Of a stretch of 41,059 nt of DNA, positions 34,894 through 41,059 are shown piece by piece. The DNA lies in assembly GCF_001194135.2 (NCBI RefSeq), contig NC_068983.1, positions 46,122,229 to 46,163,287 of the forward strand. Reading direction: 5' to 3'. How positions within the stretch are numbered: position 1 is the first letter of the stretch; every line of letters starts with the position of its first letter. Source of the DNA: Octopus bimaculoides. Lineage: Eukaryota. The notes beneath the pieces are model-generated. The model did not search any database. It was not told the origin of the DNA and saw only the letters and a list, made by a program, of their open reading frames with translations. Both the position numbers and the translations under genes were made by a program.

Positions 34894-37558
34894 CCATCAT
34901 CAAGATGCCTTAAATGATGTAGCCAATCATTGGAGTGCCACTAAAGACACTTTTATTTTCAGCCATCGCCATTTTCAGCCATCTATATATATAGAAAAAA
35001 ATTAAGGTACTCAGAAATCTGGATGTTTGTACATTTACAGATTTTTATTAATGTCACATATTAAATAAAGCGCTTTTCACCTAGTCGTGTAGGATTTTCA
35101 NNNNNNNNNNNNNNNNNNNNNNNNNNNNNNNNNNNNNNNNNNNNNNNNNNNNNNNNNNNNNNNNNNNNNNNNNNNNNNNNNNNNNNNNNNNNNNNNNNNN
35201 NNNNNNNNNNNNNNNNNNNNNNNNNNNNNNNNNNNNNNNNNNNNNNNNNNNNNNNNNNNNNNNNNNNNNNNNNNNNNNNNNNNNNNNNNNNNNNNNNNNN
35301 NNNNNNNNNNNNNNNNNNNNNNNNNNNNNNNNNNNNNNNNNNNNNNNNNNNNNNNNNNNNNNNNNNNNNNNNNNNNNNNNNNNNNNNNNNNNNNNNNNNN
35401 NNNNNNNNNNNNNNNNNNNNNNNNNNNNNNNNNNNNNNNNNNNNNNNNNNNNNNNNNNNNNNNNNNNNNNNNNNNNNNNNNNNNNNNNNNNNNNNNNNNN
35501 NNNNNNNNNNNNNNNNNNNNNNNNNNNNNNNNNNNNNNNNNNNNNNNNNNNNNNNNNNNNNNNNNNNNNNNNNNNNNNNNNNNNNNNNNNNNNNNNNNNN
35601 NNNNNNNNNNNNNNNNNNNNNNNNNNNNNNNNNNNNNNNNNNNNNNNNNNNNNNNNNNNNNNNNNNNNNNNNNNNNNNNNNNNNNNNNNNNNNNNNNNNN
35701 NNNNNNNNNNNNNNNNNNNNNNNNNNNNNNNNNNNNNNNNNNNNNNNNNNNNNNNNNNNNNNNNNNNNNNNNNNNNNNNNNNNNNNNNNNNNNNNNNNNN
35801 NNNNNNNNNNNNNNNNNNNNNNNNNNNNNNNNNNNNNNNNNNNNNNNNNNNNNNNNNNNNNNNNNNNNNNNNNNNNNNNNNNNNNNNNNNNNNNNNNNNN
35901 NNNNNNNNNNNNNNNNNNNGTGTGTGTGTTGTATACATATGCATTGGTAGCGTGAATGACGTTACAATGAGTCTCGTTAAAAACATCATCATGCTGCTAT
36001 TTTCTGCACCTAAGAAGGATGAAAATGAGAGTTTTGTAAAATTATGAAATGAATATATTTTACATAATTTTACACGATTCATTTTCACCATTTTCAGATG
36101 CAGTGTCAACAAAATTAAAACCAACAGCTCCCCTAATCCCACGAAATGTCCCAAAGGGATCTATTATTTTCAGGGCTGCCAAATTTGGTCCCCACTCACA
36201 CCTTATTCTTACTGCCTTCTAAACTAAATACAAGTTATTGGCGACCTAATCGAGCAATAAATAATTTCATACCATGAACTCCTAGTGAGTATCCAAAGGA
36301 ATTTCAATTTCTGAAGGGCCGCTTAAATGGGTTCCCACTGACACCCACAACTTTTGTGGGTGGGGAGTTTGGAATGGAGCATCGGATAATTAATACCAAG
36401 AAATACATACACAATGAACGTGTCCGAGACCTTTACAGTACAGAAGGTTATAAGGCCCCAAAGCTACACGATAGTGCCGCCTGCAGGGGTAGCCAGAAGG
36501 ACGCCGCATGGGCAGCTTCAGGGCTACTAATGTTATACTTACATATAGTACAGCATATTCCAGAGTAACCAGGTCTGCATGTACAAAAGTATCTACGTTT
36601 TCTCCTGACACATGTGGCGCGGTTCTTAGATGGTCTCCTGAGACATGGATTTACCACTGAATAAAAAAAATAAAAACTTTATTCCACAGTCTTCTATATC
36701 TTTATATGGATACTCAGTTAATGCATATATGTGTATATATGCATGTATATTAAAGAAAGAGGAAGAGACAGTGGGAGGGGGTTCTTTATGTGAAATAACA
36801 TGCAAAGTTTATCCCAAGATATTTCCATTAACAAAGTCATTCAACCAATCAGCTTTCTTAATATGTATTCATGAGGAAACTACCTTGGCTCTTTAAAATA
36901 TACTTGTAAAGCAAAATCTATGATAAATCTATACTTATAGTTTATGGCTATTTTTAATGTTATACTTACATCTATTACAATATCTTCCAGAGTAACCAGG
37001 TTTGCATTTACAGGTGAATCTACGTCCTTTCCTGATACATGTGCCGCCGTTCTTACATGGTCTCCTGCGACATGGATTTACCACTGTATAAAAGAAATAA
37101 AAACCTTATTCCACAGTCTTCTATATATTTATATGGATATAACAATAGAATATCTTTTAACGAAGGCTCTATTTACAGTTATACTTATTGTTTATCTCTA
37201 TTTATTTATATATTTTATTTGCCTTAATCTTTCTGAGTTAGAACATGAACAATTATTGGATTTTTAAAATAATAATTCGCTATAATATCAAAAAGTAAAT
37301 CATAAAATTTTATCCAAAATTAGCTACCGTGAAACAAGCAAAAATCCGGATTTCGCAATTTTACCAACATTGCTGGGACGACTATGTATACATATATGTT
37401 TATGTATGCATGTGTGTGCGCGCACTCTCTGTATATATGTGTGTGTGAGTGTGTTCGTGTGTGTGTGCTCGTGTGTGTATGCGCGTGCGCGCATATATAT
37501 GAATATGGATAGACAGATAGAAAGATAGAAAGATAGACAGACAGACAAACAGGTAGAC

Positions 37559-37621
<63 letters not shown>

Positions 37622-40600
37622 GACGAAAAATTTCGGTTTCAAATAAAGTCCAAATAATCCCCAAACCAAAGCATGGAAAATTATTGGATTTTTCAAATAA
37701 TTTGCTATAATATGAAAAAGGAAAGCATAAAATTTTATCCAAAATTAGCTACCGAGAAACAAGCAAAAATCAGGATTTCGCAATTTTACCAACATTGCTG
37801 GAACGTTTCCTCAGCTATTGATGCTCTTCTGTGGCTTTTAGCTCTATACAACTCTAGGAAAAGCTTATTCAAGAAGAGATTCTGCAGTTTNNNNNNNNNN
37901 NNNNNNNNNNNNNNNNNNNNNNNNNNNNNNNNNNNNNNNNNNNNNNNNNNNNNNNNNNNNNNNNNNNNNNNNNNNNNNNNNNNNNNNNNNNNNNNNNNNN
38001 NNNNNNNNNNNNNNNNNNNNNNNNNNNNNNNNNNNNNNNNNNNNNNNNNNNNNNNNNNNNNNNNNNNNNNNNNNNNNNNNNNNNNNNNNNNNNNNNNNNN
38101 NNNNNNNNNNNNNNNNNNNNNNNNNNNNNNNNNNNNNNNNNNNNNNNNNNNNNNNNNNNNNNNNNNNNNNNNNNNNNNNNNNNNNNNNNNNNNNNNNNNN
38201 NNNNNNNNNNNNNNNNNNNNNNNNNNNNNNNNNNNNNNNNNNNNNNNNNNNNNNNNNNNNNNNNNNNNNNNNNNNNNNNNNNNNNNNNNNNNNNNNNNNN
38301 NNNNNNNNNNNNNNNNNNNNNNNNNNNNNNNNNNNNNNNNNNNNNNNNNNNNNNNNNNNNNNNNNNNNNNNNNNNNNNNNNNNNNNNNNNNNNNNNNNNN
38401 NNNNNNNNNNNNNNNNNNNNNNNNNNNNNNNNNNNNNNNNNNNNNNNNNNNNNNNNNNNNNNNNNNNNNNNNNNNNNNNNNNNNNNNNNNNNNNNNNNNN
38501 NNNNNNNNNNNNNNNNNNNNNNNNNNNNNNNNNNNNNNNNNNNNNNNNNNNNNNNNNNNNNNNNNNNNNNNNNNNNNNNNNNNNNNNNNNNNNNNNNNNN
38601 NNNNNNNNNNNNNNNNNNNNNNNNNNNNNNNNNNNNNNNNNNNNNNNNNNNNNNNNNNNNNNNNNNNNNNNNNNNNNNNNNNNNNNNNNNNNNNNNNNNN
38701 NNNNNNNNNNNNNNNNNNNNNNNNNNGTAGCGATTTTCTTCACTACTTCAGGGAGTGACAACCCTGCCTGATACGAGTCCCGTAGGCGGTTTAGTGTTCT
38801 ACTCGACTCTTTCCCGGCAGCTCCTGCAACCAAACTGGTGGCAAACGTAATGCTCTGCACTCCTGTAGACTACATCAACAAGGTTGAGAGAGGAATCCTG
38901 ACGATTGAGCTACCCAGGATTCATCCTGCTTCAAAAAATCGGATGTTCACCAAAGCTGCTGAGGATCATCAAATCTTTCCATGATGATATGTAAGGCACC
39001 ATACAGCACAATGGTTCAACATCAGGCGCCTTCCAAATAAAGAACGGGGTAAAGCAAGGCTGTGTCCTTGCTCCTACATTATTTGGCATCTTCTTCTCGC
39101 TACTGCTGTCACATGCTTTTGAAACATCAGATGATGGAGTGTTTCTGCACGGTAGAAGTGACGGGAAACTGTTCAATCTCTCGCGTCTGCGTGCCAAGTC
39201 CAAAATCAGAAGCGTCCTGATCAAGGAGATGCTCTTCGTTGCTGCTGCTGCTCTGGTATCACACTCAGAAGAAGCCCTGCAAAGGCTCATCAACTGCTTT
39301 GAGCAAGCATATAGCGACTTTGGCTTAGTTATCAGCCTCAAGAAGACCAACATCATGGGTCAGGCTACATCGGACATCCCAAACATACATATTGGAGACT
39401 ACAAACTACAGGAGGTGAAGAGGTTTACCTATCTTGGCTCTACCGTCACCTACAACCTATCCCTTGATGCTGAGCTCAATATACGCATTGGCAAAGCAGC
39501 TGCTGTGATGGCTCAACTCTCCAAATGGACATGGGACAACAAGCTGACCAAGACCACAAAAATTAAGATTTACCAGGCATGTGTACTTAGCACTCTGCTG
39601 TATGGCAGTGAGACCTGGACGCCATACACACGCCAAGAGCGTCGCCTAAATATCTTTCACCTGCGCTACCTCCAGAAAATCCTTGGCATCAAATGGCAGG
39701 ATCGTGTCCCCAACAAAGATGTCCTCAAGCAAGCAGGAATACCAAGCATGTTTGCACTCCTCACACAAAGACGTATGAGATGGCTTGGACATGTTAGTCG
39801 TATGGAAGATGGCAGAATCCCCAAGGACATACTCTACGGAGAGCTTCCTAGGGGCACTAGGTCTGTGGGAAGACCGTTCATACGATACAAGGATGTTTGC
39901 AAAAGGGACATGAAGGCCTGTGACATCAATATTAGCAGCTGGGAAGCGGTTGCCAGCAACCGTGGAGTTTGGCGACGCATCATAGAAGATGGAACATAAA
40001 GGAGTGACAGAGGGAGAGAGGAGAAATGAAAAGACAAGAAAAGACGTCAACAAGAAACTATGACATTACAACCAGCCAGGCAAAGTCTTCGCTACATTTG
40101 TGGCCCCTGCCCGAGGGAGCGTTTGTCCCGGATAGGACTAGACAGCCACAGTAGGAAATGTATTAGGACATGGATCGTAAAAACCTAACTAGATTATTTT
40201 ATGCGCAACTTCATTTCTCCCTAGACAAAACGATGCCCAAACAATCCCCAAACCAAAGCCGGGGTACTTTCATACACCTTGTTTTCAGTAAAGCAACTTC
40301 CGTCCTATGAATGTAAAACATTCATAGATCCTTTAATACATTTCTAAAAAAAGACCTTGCGATTATTTTTTGTGTTATACTTACACGCACGACGGTACCG
40401 TCCGATATAACCCCGTCGGCATTTACAGATGAATCTACGTCCTCTTCTGATACATGCGCTGCCGTTTTTACAAGGTCTATTATAGCATGGATTGGCTTGT
40501 GTATAAAAGAAATAAAAGTTGTATTTCACAATCTTATGTATATTTACAAAGAAATAATGGAAGAATTCCATTTTACAAATTTCCTGTCTACTGCTTTTCG

Positions 40601-41059
40601 TAAATTATCAAAATCTATTTCTATAGAAAAAGAGCCACTCCTTTATAAGTGCCTACTACAAAAAAAATTGACAAAGAATCTGTCCGAAAATTGAGAGCGG
40701 AAATGAAAAAATTTTCAAAAGATTTTCCACGGAAAAGCTCCCCTGATCATCATTAGCAAAGGTGTAAGAAAGAAAAAGTAAAAGGTCCCCGTCGCAATTA
40801 AGGAAATCCAACCTCTTTAGGTGTACAATTCTAAAAGTCCGCCAATTCACACTATTGTCAACCACGTGATACTCAGTTAATGCATGTATGTGTATATATA
40901 CATGTATATTCATAGCTCTTTTAATGCATTTCTAAAAAAGATCTTAGGATTATTTTTTGTGTTATACTTACACGTACGACAGTATCGTCCAATATAACCA
41001 CGTCGGCATTTACAGGTGAATCTACGTCCCTTTTTGATACATGCACCACCGTTTTTGCA
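6560..41059 (-). CDS. Multi-exon gene (5'-partial, 3' end uncertain) for a secreted mosaic protein: EGF(n>=5)-[VWA-VWD-C8-TIL-Cys-rich]x2-PAN; FCGBP/zonadhesin/mucin-like
   Basis: 18 exons found by hand, with GT donors and AG acceptors wherever the boundary is inside called sequence. Intron phases chain without frameshift or stop (1-1 for EGFs and VWA, 1-0 and 0-2 for VWD, 2-1 for C8, 1-0 for TIL, 0-1 for the Cys-rich exon, 1-1 for PAN). Motifs seen: DxSxS, GDPH, C8 'SCRIDVC...WR...C', TIL 'EGCIC.PGY'. Confidence 0.88.
7063..7509. mobile_element. Long inverted-repeat (hairpin) element, MITE-like, TA-flanked
   Basis: Arms 7063-7262 and 7313-7509 are reverse complements over ~200 bp with scattered mismatches (e.g. 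TTCCAGCCACGAGAACACCAGACCGTAC versus GTACGGTCTGGTGGTCTCGTGGCTGGAA); ~50-nt spacer. Confidence 0.85.
7768..8146 (-). mobile_element. Microsatellite-containing tRNA-headed SINE, near full-length copy
   Basis: On the minus strand: head (GTGTGGTAAGTAGCTTGC...GGGTTCAGTCCC), body (CTTGGGCAAG...AAGAAGCCCGTCG), (TA/TG)n, then tail (...CGACTAAAGGCGGTGCTCCAG...GACTGAAACAAGTAAAAG). Confidence 0.8.
9690..9890 (-). mobile_element. SINE family A copy (another partial copy at ~9560-9665)
   Basis: Conserved family A blocks in reverse orientation. Confidence 0.65.
10363..10570 (+). mobile_element. SINE family A copy
   Basis: GCTAGCAGAATCGTTAGCACG...TTTACGTTCTGGGTTCAAATGCCGCCGAGGTC...GTCGATTAAATAAGTACCAG. Confidence 0.7.
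11291..11580. mobile_element. piggyBac-type MITE (290 bp) with TTAA target-site duplication
   Basis: TTAA|CCCATTACCTCCCA...TGGTAGGTAATGGG|TTAA (TTAA at 11287-11290 and 11581-11584); terminal inverted repeats start with CCC. Confidence 0.75.
11728..11908 (-). CDS. Cys-rich (TILa/EGF-like) exon 2 (181 bp): [16 protein letters not shown]...PCQENSHC...[18 protein letters not shown]
   Basis: Acceptor CAATATTTAG, donor GTAAGT, phase 0-1; paralogous to 25896-26079. Not in the ORF track. Confidence 0.88.
12050..13287 (+). mobile_element. Degraded Penelope-like retroelement fragment bounded by 129-bp direct repeats (12050-12178 and 13159-13287)
   Basis: The direct repeats are near-identical. The internal ORF 12745-13095 (VYQI...PLNVRMKEH...KHL..H...LQIKEA) resembles a decayed GIY-YIG endonuclease C-terminus. 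Confidence 0.55.
13738..13928 (-). CDS. TIL domain 2 exon (191 bp)
   Basis: [63 protein letters not shown]; acceptor TTTGATATTCAG, donor GTAAGT, phase 1-0. Confidence 0.9.
14008..14110 (+). mobile_element. SINE head (tRNA-derived, same family as 7981-8146)
   Basis: GTGTGGTAAGAAGCTTGCTTTCCAACCAC...GAGTTCAATCCCACTG...TTGGGCAAG. Confidence 0.7.
14320..14836 (+). mobile_element. 3' fragment of an RTE-clade LINE with (AAG)n tail
   Basis: KIRLLRA...ATYGCESWT...YHRILRV*W...[34 protein letters not shown]...WQDIV; several stops; AGAAGAAGAAGAAG tail. Confidence 0.85.
15222..15362 (-). mobile_element. Diverged SINE head/body (same family as 7981-8146)
   Basis: AGAAAAGGACATTTTCTCAAGATGCCG...GGGATCGAACCC aligns to the family body. 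Confidence 0.45.
15634..15905 (-). CDS. C8 domain 2 exon (272 bp)
   Basis: [10 protein letters not shown]...[14 protein letters not shown]...[10 protein letters not shown]...[27 protein letters not shown]; acceptor TTTTGCTTCAG, donor GTAAGT, phase 2-1. Not in the ORF track. Confidence 0.9.
15995..16362 (+). mobile_element. tRNA-derived SINE (distinct family), near full-length
   Basis: A-box-like TGGCCCAGTGG and B-box-like GGTTTCGATTCCC at tRNA spacing, followed by ~290 bp of non-tRNA body; no complete cloverleaf. Confidence 0.75.
16671..16830 (-). mobile_element. SINE head/body (same family as 7981-8146) abutting (TA)n and an N gap
   Basis: Near-identical to 7981-8146. Confidence 0.8.
17093..17400 (-). 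CDS. VWD domain 2, second exon (308 bp)
   Basis: [10 protein letters not shown]...[27 protein letters not shown]...[14 protein letters not shown]...[11 protein letters not shown]; acceptor TTCCTTTTAG, donor GTAAGG, phase 0-2. Confidence 0.92.
17744..17778 (+). ncRNA. Minimal hammerhead-ribozyme-like motif (degenerate stem I)
   Basis: CTGAAGA (17749-17755), A, stem GAGC-GTT-GCTC, GAAAC, GTA; palindromic ACGT stem III; only 3 bp (TTT/AAA) of stem I. Confidence 0.4.
18012..18259 (-). CDS. VWD domain 2, first exon (248 bp), contains GDPH
   Basis: [31 protein letters not shown]...VEVKNEHRS; acceptor TTATTTTTCAG, donor GTAATG, phase 1-0; same length as 30299-30546. Confidence 0.92.
18454..19996 (+). 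mobile_element. Non-autonomous Helitron-like element (spans N gap 19200-19773)
   Basis: A|TC 5' end followed by TATATATAAAA and (GTCT)n; 3' hairpin ACCCGG-GCAAAT-CCGGGT (19968-19985) then CTAG|T; internal ~60-bp duplication (18731-18790 and 18859-18917). Continuity across the gap is assumed. Confidence 0.65.
20474..20885. mobile_element. Tail-to-tail inverted pair of SINE family A copies (20474-20673 plus, 20683-20885 minus)
   Basis: Family A blocks read inward from both ends, separated by ~10 nt. Confidence 0.65.
21175..21400. repeat. Degenerate ~15-bp minisatellite (GTGAGACAGCGTGGCA-like)
   Basis: Repeated GAGACAGCGTGG / GTGTGACAGT units. Confidence 0.85.
21712..21866. repeat. Compound trinucleotide repeat: (GAT)n to (GGTGAT)n to GAG/AGC/GGA
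   Basis: Directly visible. Confidence 0.9.
22813..23376 (-). CDS. VWA domain 2 exon (564 bp), degenerate MIDAS
   Basis: [18 protein letters not shown]...RIGLITTS...VLVLGIG...ELKTISS...NMCS; acceptor TTTCTGTTTCAG, donor GTAAGC, phase 1-1. Confidence 0.92.
24990..25208 (-). mobile_element. tRNA-headed SINE (third family)
   Basis: The minus strand begins GCGTGGCTTAGTGGTTAAGGTGTTAGCC...GATTTCGATTCCTGG (A/B boxes), then TTGTGTTCTTGAGTAAAACACTT. Confidence 0.7.
25275..25450 (-). mobile_element. Tail portion of the microsatellite-containing SINE (similar partial copies at 24775-24870 and 29480-29645)
   Basis: TTTGACTGCGGCCATGCTGGAGCACC...TTTAGTCGAGCAAATCG...CCGAACCGCT...GGTTGTCAAG matches 7768-7960. 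Confidence 0.75.
25896..26079 (-). CDS. Cys-rich (TILa/EGF-like) exon 1 (184 bp): [19 protein letters not shown]...PCGESSHC...[18 protein letters not shown]
   Basis: Acceptor TTTTACCTACAG, donor GTGAGT, phase 0-1; seven Cys aligned with exon 11728-11908. Not in the ORF track. Confidence 0.88.
26555..26594 (-). CDS. 3' remnant of TIL domain 1 exon (the rest is in N gap 26595-26694)
   Basis: Reads [13 protein letters not shown] then a phase-0 GTAAAG donor, matching [13 protein letters not shown]|GTAAGT of the paralogous TIL exon at 13738-13928. Confidence 0.8.
26695..27030 (+). mobile_element. Mariner (Mos1-like) transposase N-terminal remnant
   Basis: [10 protein letters not shown]...[26 protein letters not shown]...RRISI...ISYGSVQSI...MRSVSAKLV is the typical mariner HTH region; flanked by N gaps. 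Confidence 0.85.
27610..27878 (-). CDS. C8 domain 1 exon (269 bp)
   Basis: [10 protein letters not shown]...[13 protein letters not shown]...[10 protein letters not shown]...[27 protein letters not shown]; acceptor TTTAACTTTCAG, donor GTAAGA, phase 2-1. Confidence 0.92.
28916..29246 (-). CDS. VWD domain 1, second exon (interrupted by N gap 29008-29080)
   Basis: [13 protein letters not shown]...[34 protein letters not shown]-[gap][30 protein letters not shown]. Collinear with the paralogous exon 17093-17400, which implies the true gap is ~50 nt rather than 73. Phase 0-2. Confidence 0.88.
30299..30546 (-). CDS. VWD domain 1, first exon (248 bp), contains GDPH
   Basis: [32 protein letters not shown]...VEVKNEHRG; acceptor TTTCTTTCTCCAG, donor GTACGT, phase 1-0. 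Confidence 0.92.
31098..31664 (-). CDS. VWA domain 1 exon (567 bp), intact MIDAS
   Basis: [18 protein letters not shown]...[10 protein letters not shown]...AVVITDGNS...IFAIGVG...KACS; acceptor TTTAGTTTCAG, donor GTAAGT, phase 1-1. Confidence 0.93.
31728..31945 (+). mobile_element. SINE family A copy
   Basis: CAGAATCGTTAGCATGCC...TTCTTAGCGG...TTTACGTTCT...AAAATAAGTACCAG...CCCCCTCCCC. Confidence 0.7.
32012..32084 (+). ncRNA. Type I minimal hammerhead ribozyme-like motif (Penelope-associated type)
   Basis: AATGCAT-CTGATGA-A-GACT...AGTC-A-GAAAC-CG-GTC-CTGCATT. Intact CUGAUGA (32019-32025) and GAAA (32068-32071); palindromic ACCGGT stem III; GUC triplet; AATGCA/TGCATT stem I; TACGTT-GACA-AACGTA hairpin inside stem II. 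Confidence 0.6.
32305..33245 (-). mobile_element. 5'-truncated CR1/L2-like LINE: reverse transcriptase C-terminal region
   Basis: IYINDL...KIFTDDTKL...[20 protein letters not shown]...[17 protein letters not shown]...[11 protein letters not shown]...then [16 protein letters not shown] in a second frame (frameshift near 32730). Confidence 0.88.
33466..33682. mobile_element. Mariner-type MITE (TA-flanked); partial second copy at ~20010-20105
   Basis: Left end TATGAGAGGATGCTGAAAAGTT versus reverse complement of the right end TACAAGGGGTTGCTGGAAAGTT; GAATAAAATCATAATTAACTGATCC is shared with 20020-20050. Confidence 0.65.
34567..34677 (-). CDS. EGF-like exon E (111 bp): [36 protein letters not shown]
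   Basis: Acceptor TTTTATACACTAG, donor GTAAGT, phase 1-1; six canonical Cys. Confidence 0.9.
36543..36656 (-). CDS. EGF-like exon D (114 bp): [37 protein letters not shown]; Cys2 lost, extra Cys before Cys6
   Basis: Acceptor TTTTTTATTCAG, donor GTAAGT, phase 1-1. Confidence 0.78.
36970..37083 (-). CDS. EGF-like exon C (114 bp): [37 protein letters not shown]
   Basis: Acceptor TTTCTTTTATACAG, donor GTAAGT, phase 1-1; six canonical Cys. Not in the supplied ORF track. Confidence 0.9.
37251..37805. repeat. ~130-bp direct duplication (37251-37380 and 37679-37805) separated by compound microsatellites including (AGAT)n
   Basis: AATTATTGGATTTT...ATAAAATTTTATCCAAAATTAGCTACCG.GAAACAAGCAAAAATC.GGATTTCGCAATTTTACCAACATTGCTGG occurs twice. 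Confidence 0.9.
38935..40237 (+). mobile_element. 5'-truncated RTE-clade LINE (reverse transcriptase plus C-terminal Cys/His motif), inactivated
   Basis: [19 protein letters not shown]...[18 protein letters not shown]...LFVAAAAL (expected LFADDAAL)...FTYLGS...LLYGSETWT...[26 protein letters not shown]...YICGPC...[12 protein letters not shown]; 3' end ...GATGCC. Confidence 0.92.
40385..40495 (-). CDS. EGF-like exon B (111 bp): [36 protein letters not shown]; sixth Cys replaced by Arg
   Basis: Acceptor TTTTATACACAAG, donor GTAAGT, phase 1-1; CGT where sibling exons have TGT. Confidence 0.78.
40972..41059 (-). CDS. EGF-like exon A (partial, runs off the window): [29 protein letters not shown]
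   Basis: EGF Cys spacing; phase-1 GTAAGT donor at 40971-40966; homologous to the four EGF exons downstream. Confidence 0.88.

Noticed and set aside
1-41059. CRISPR arrays, operons, rRNA or other prokaryotic systems
   Set aside because: None seen. The window is intron-rich eukaryotic DNA and its repeats are microsatellites and transposons without regular spacer structure.

Overview
This is an AT-rich, microsatellite- and gap-rich draft eukaryotic sequence. The repeat landscape looks like a cephalopod/Octopus assembly, which is an inference. Most of the window holds one large intron-rich gene on the minus strand; its 5' end lies beyond base 41059 and its 3' end is ambiguous. Manual splicing with consistent GT-AG boundaries and intron phases gives 18 exons and about 1,400 codons. 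The predicted secreted, mucin/FCGBP/zonadhesin-like mosaic protein is: five or more mostly Arg/Lys-rich EGF repeats (one exon each, duplicated with flanking intron DNA), then [VWA-VWD(GDPH)-C8-TIL-Cys-rich module] x2, then a PAN/apple-like domain. A second, paralogous PAN-like exon lies on the plus strand at 166-378; it is either a convergent paralogue or part of a mis-oriented contig. The introns contain RTE, CR1-like, R4/Dong-like and Penelope-like retroelement remnants, a mariner remnant, mariner- and piggyBac-type MITEs, a non-autonomous Helitron, a ~450-bp hairpin element, several tRNA-derived SINE families and minimal hammerhead-ribozyme-like motifs. Most ORFs in the supplied track are microsatellite or N-gap artefacts. 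All domain calls come from motif recognition by eye; no database search was run.
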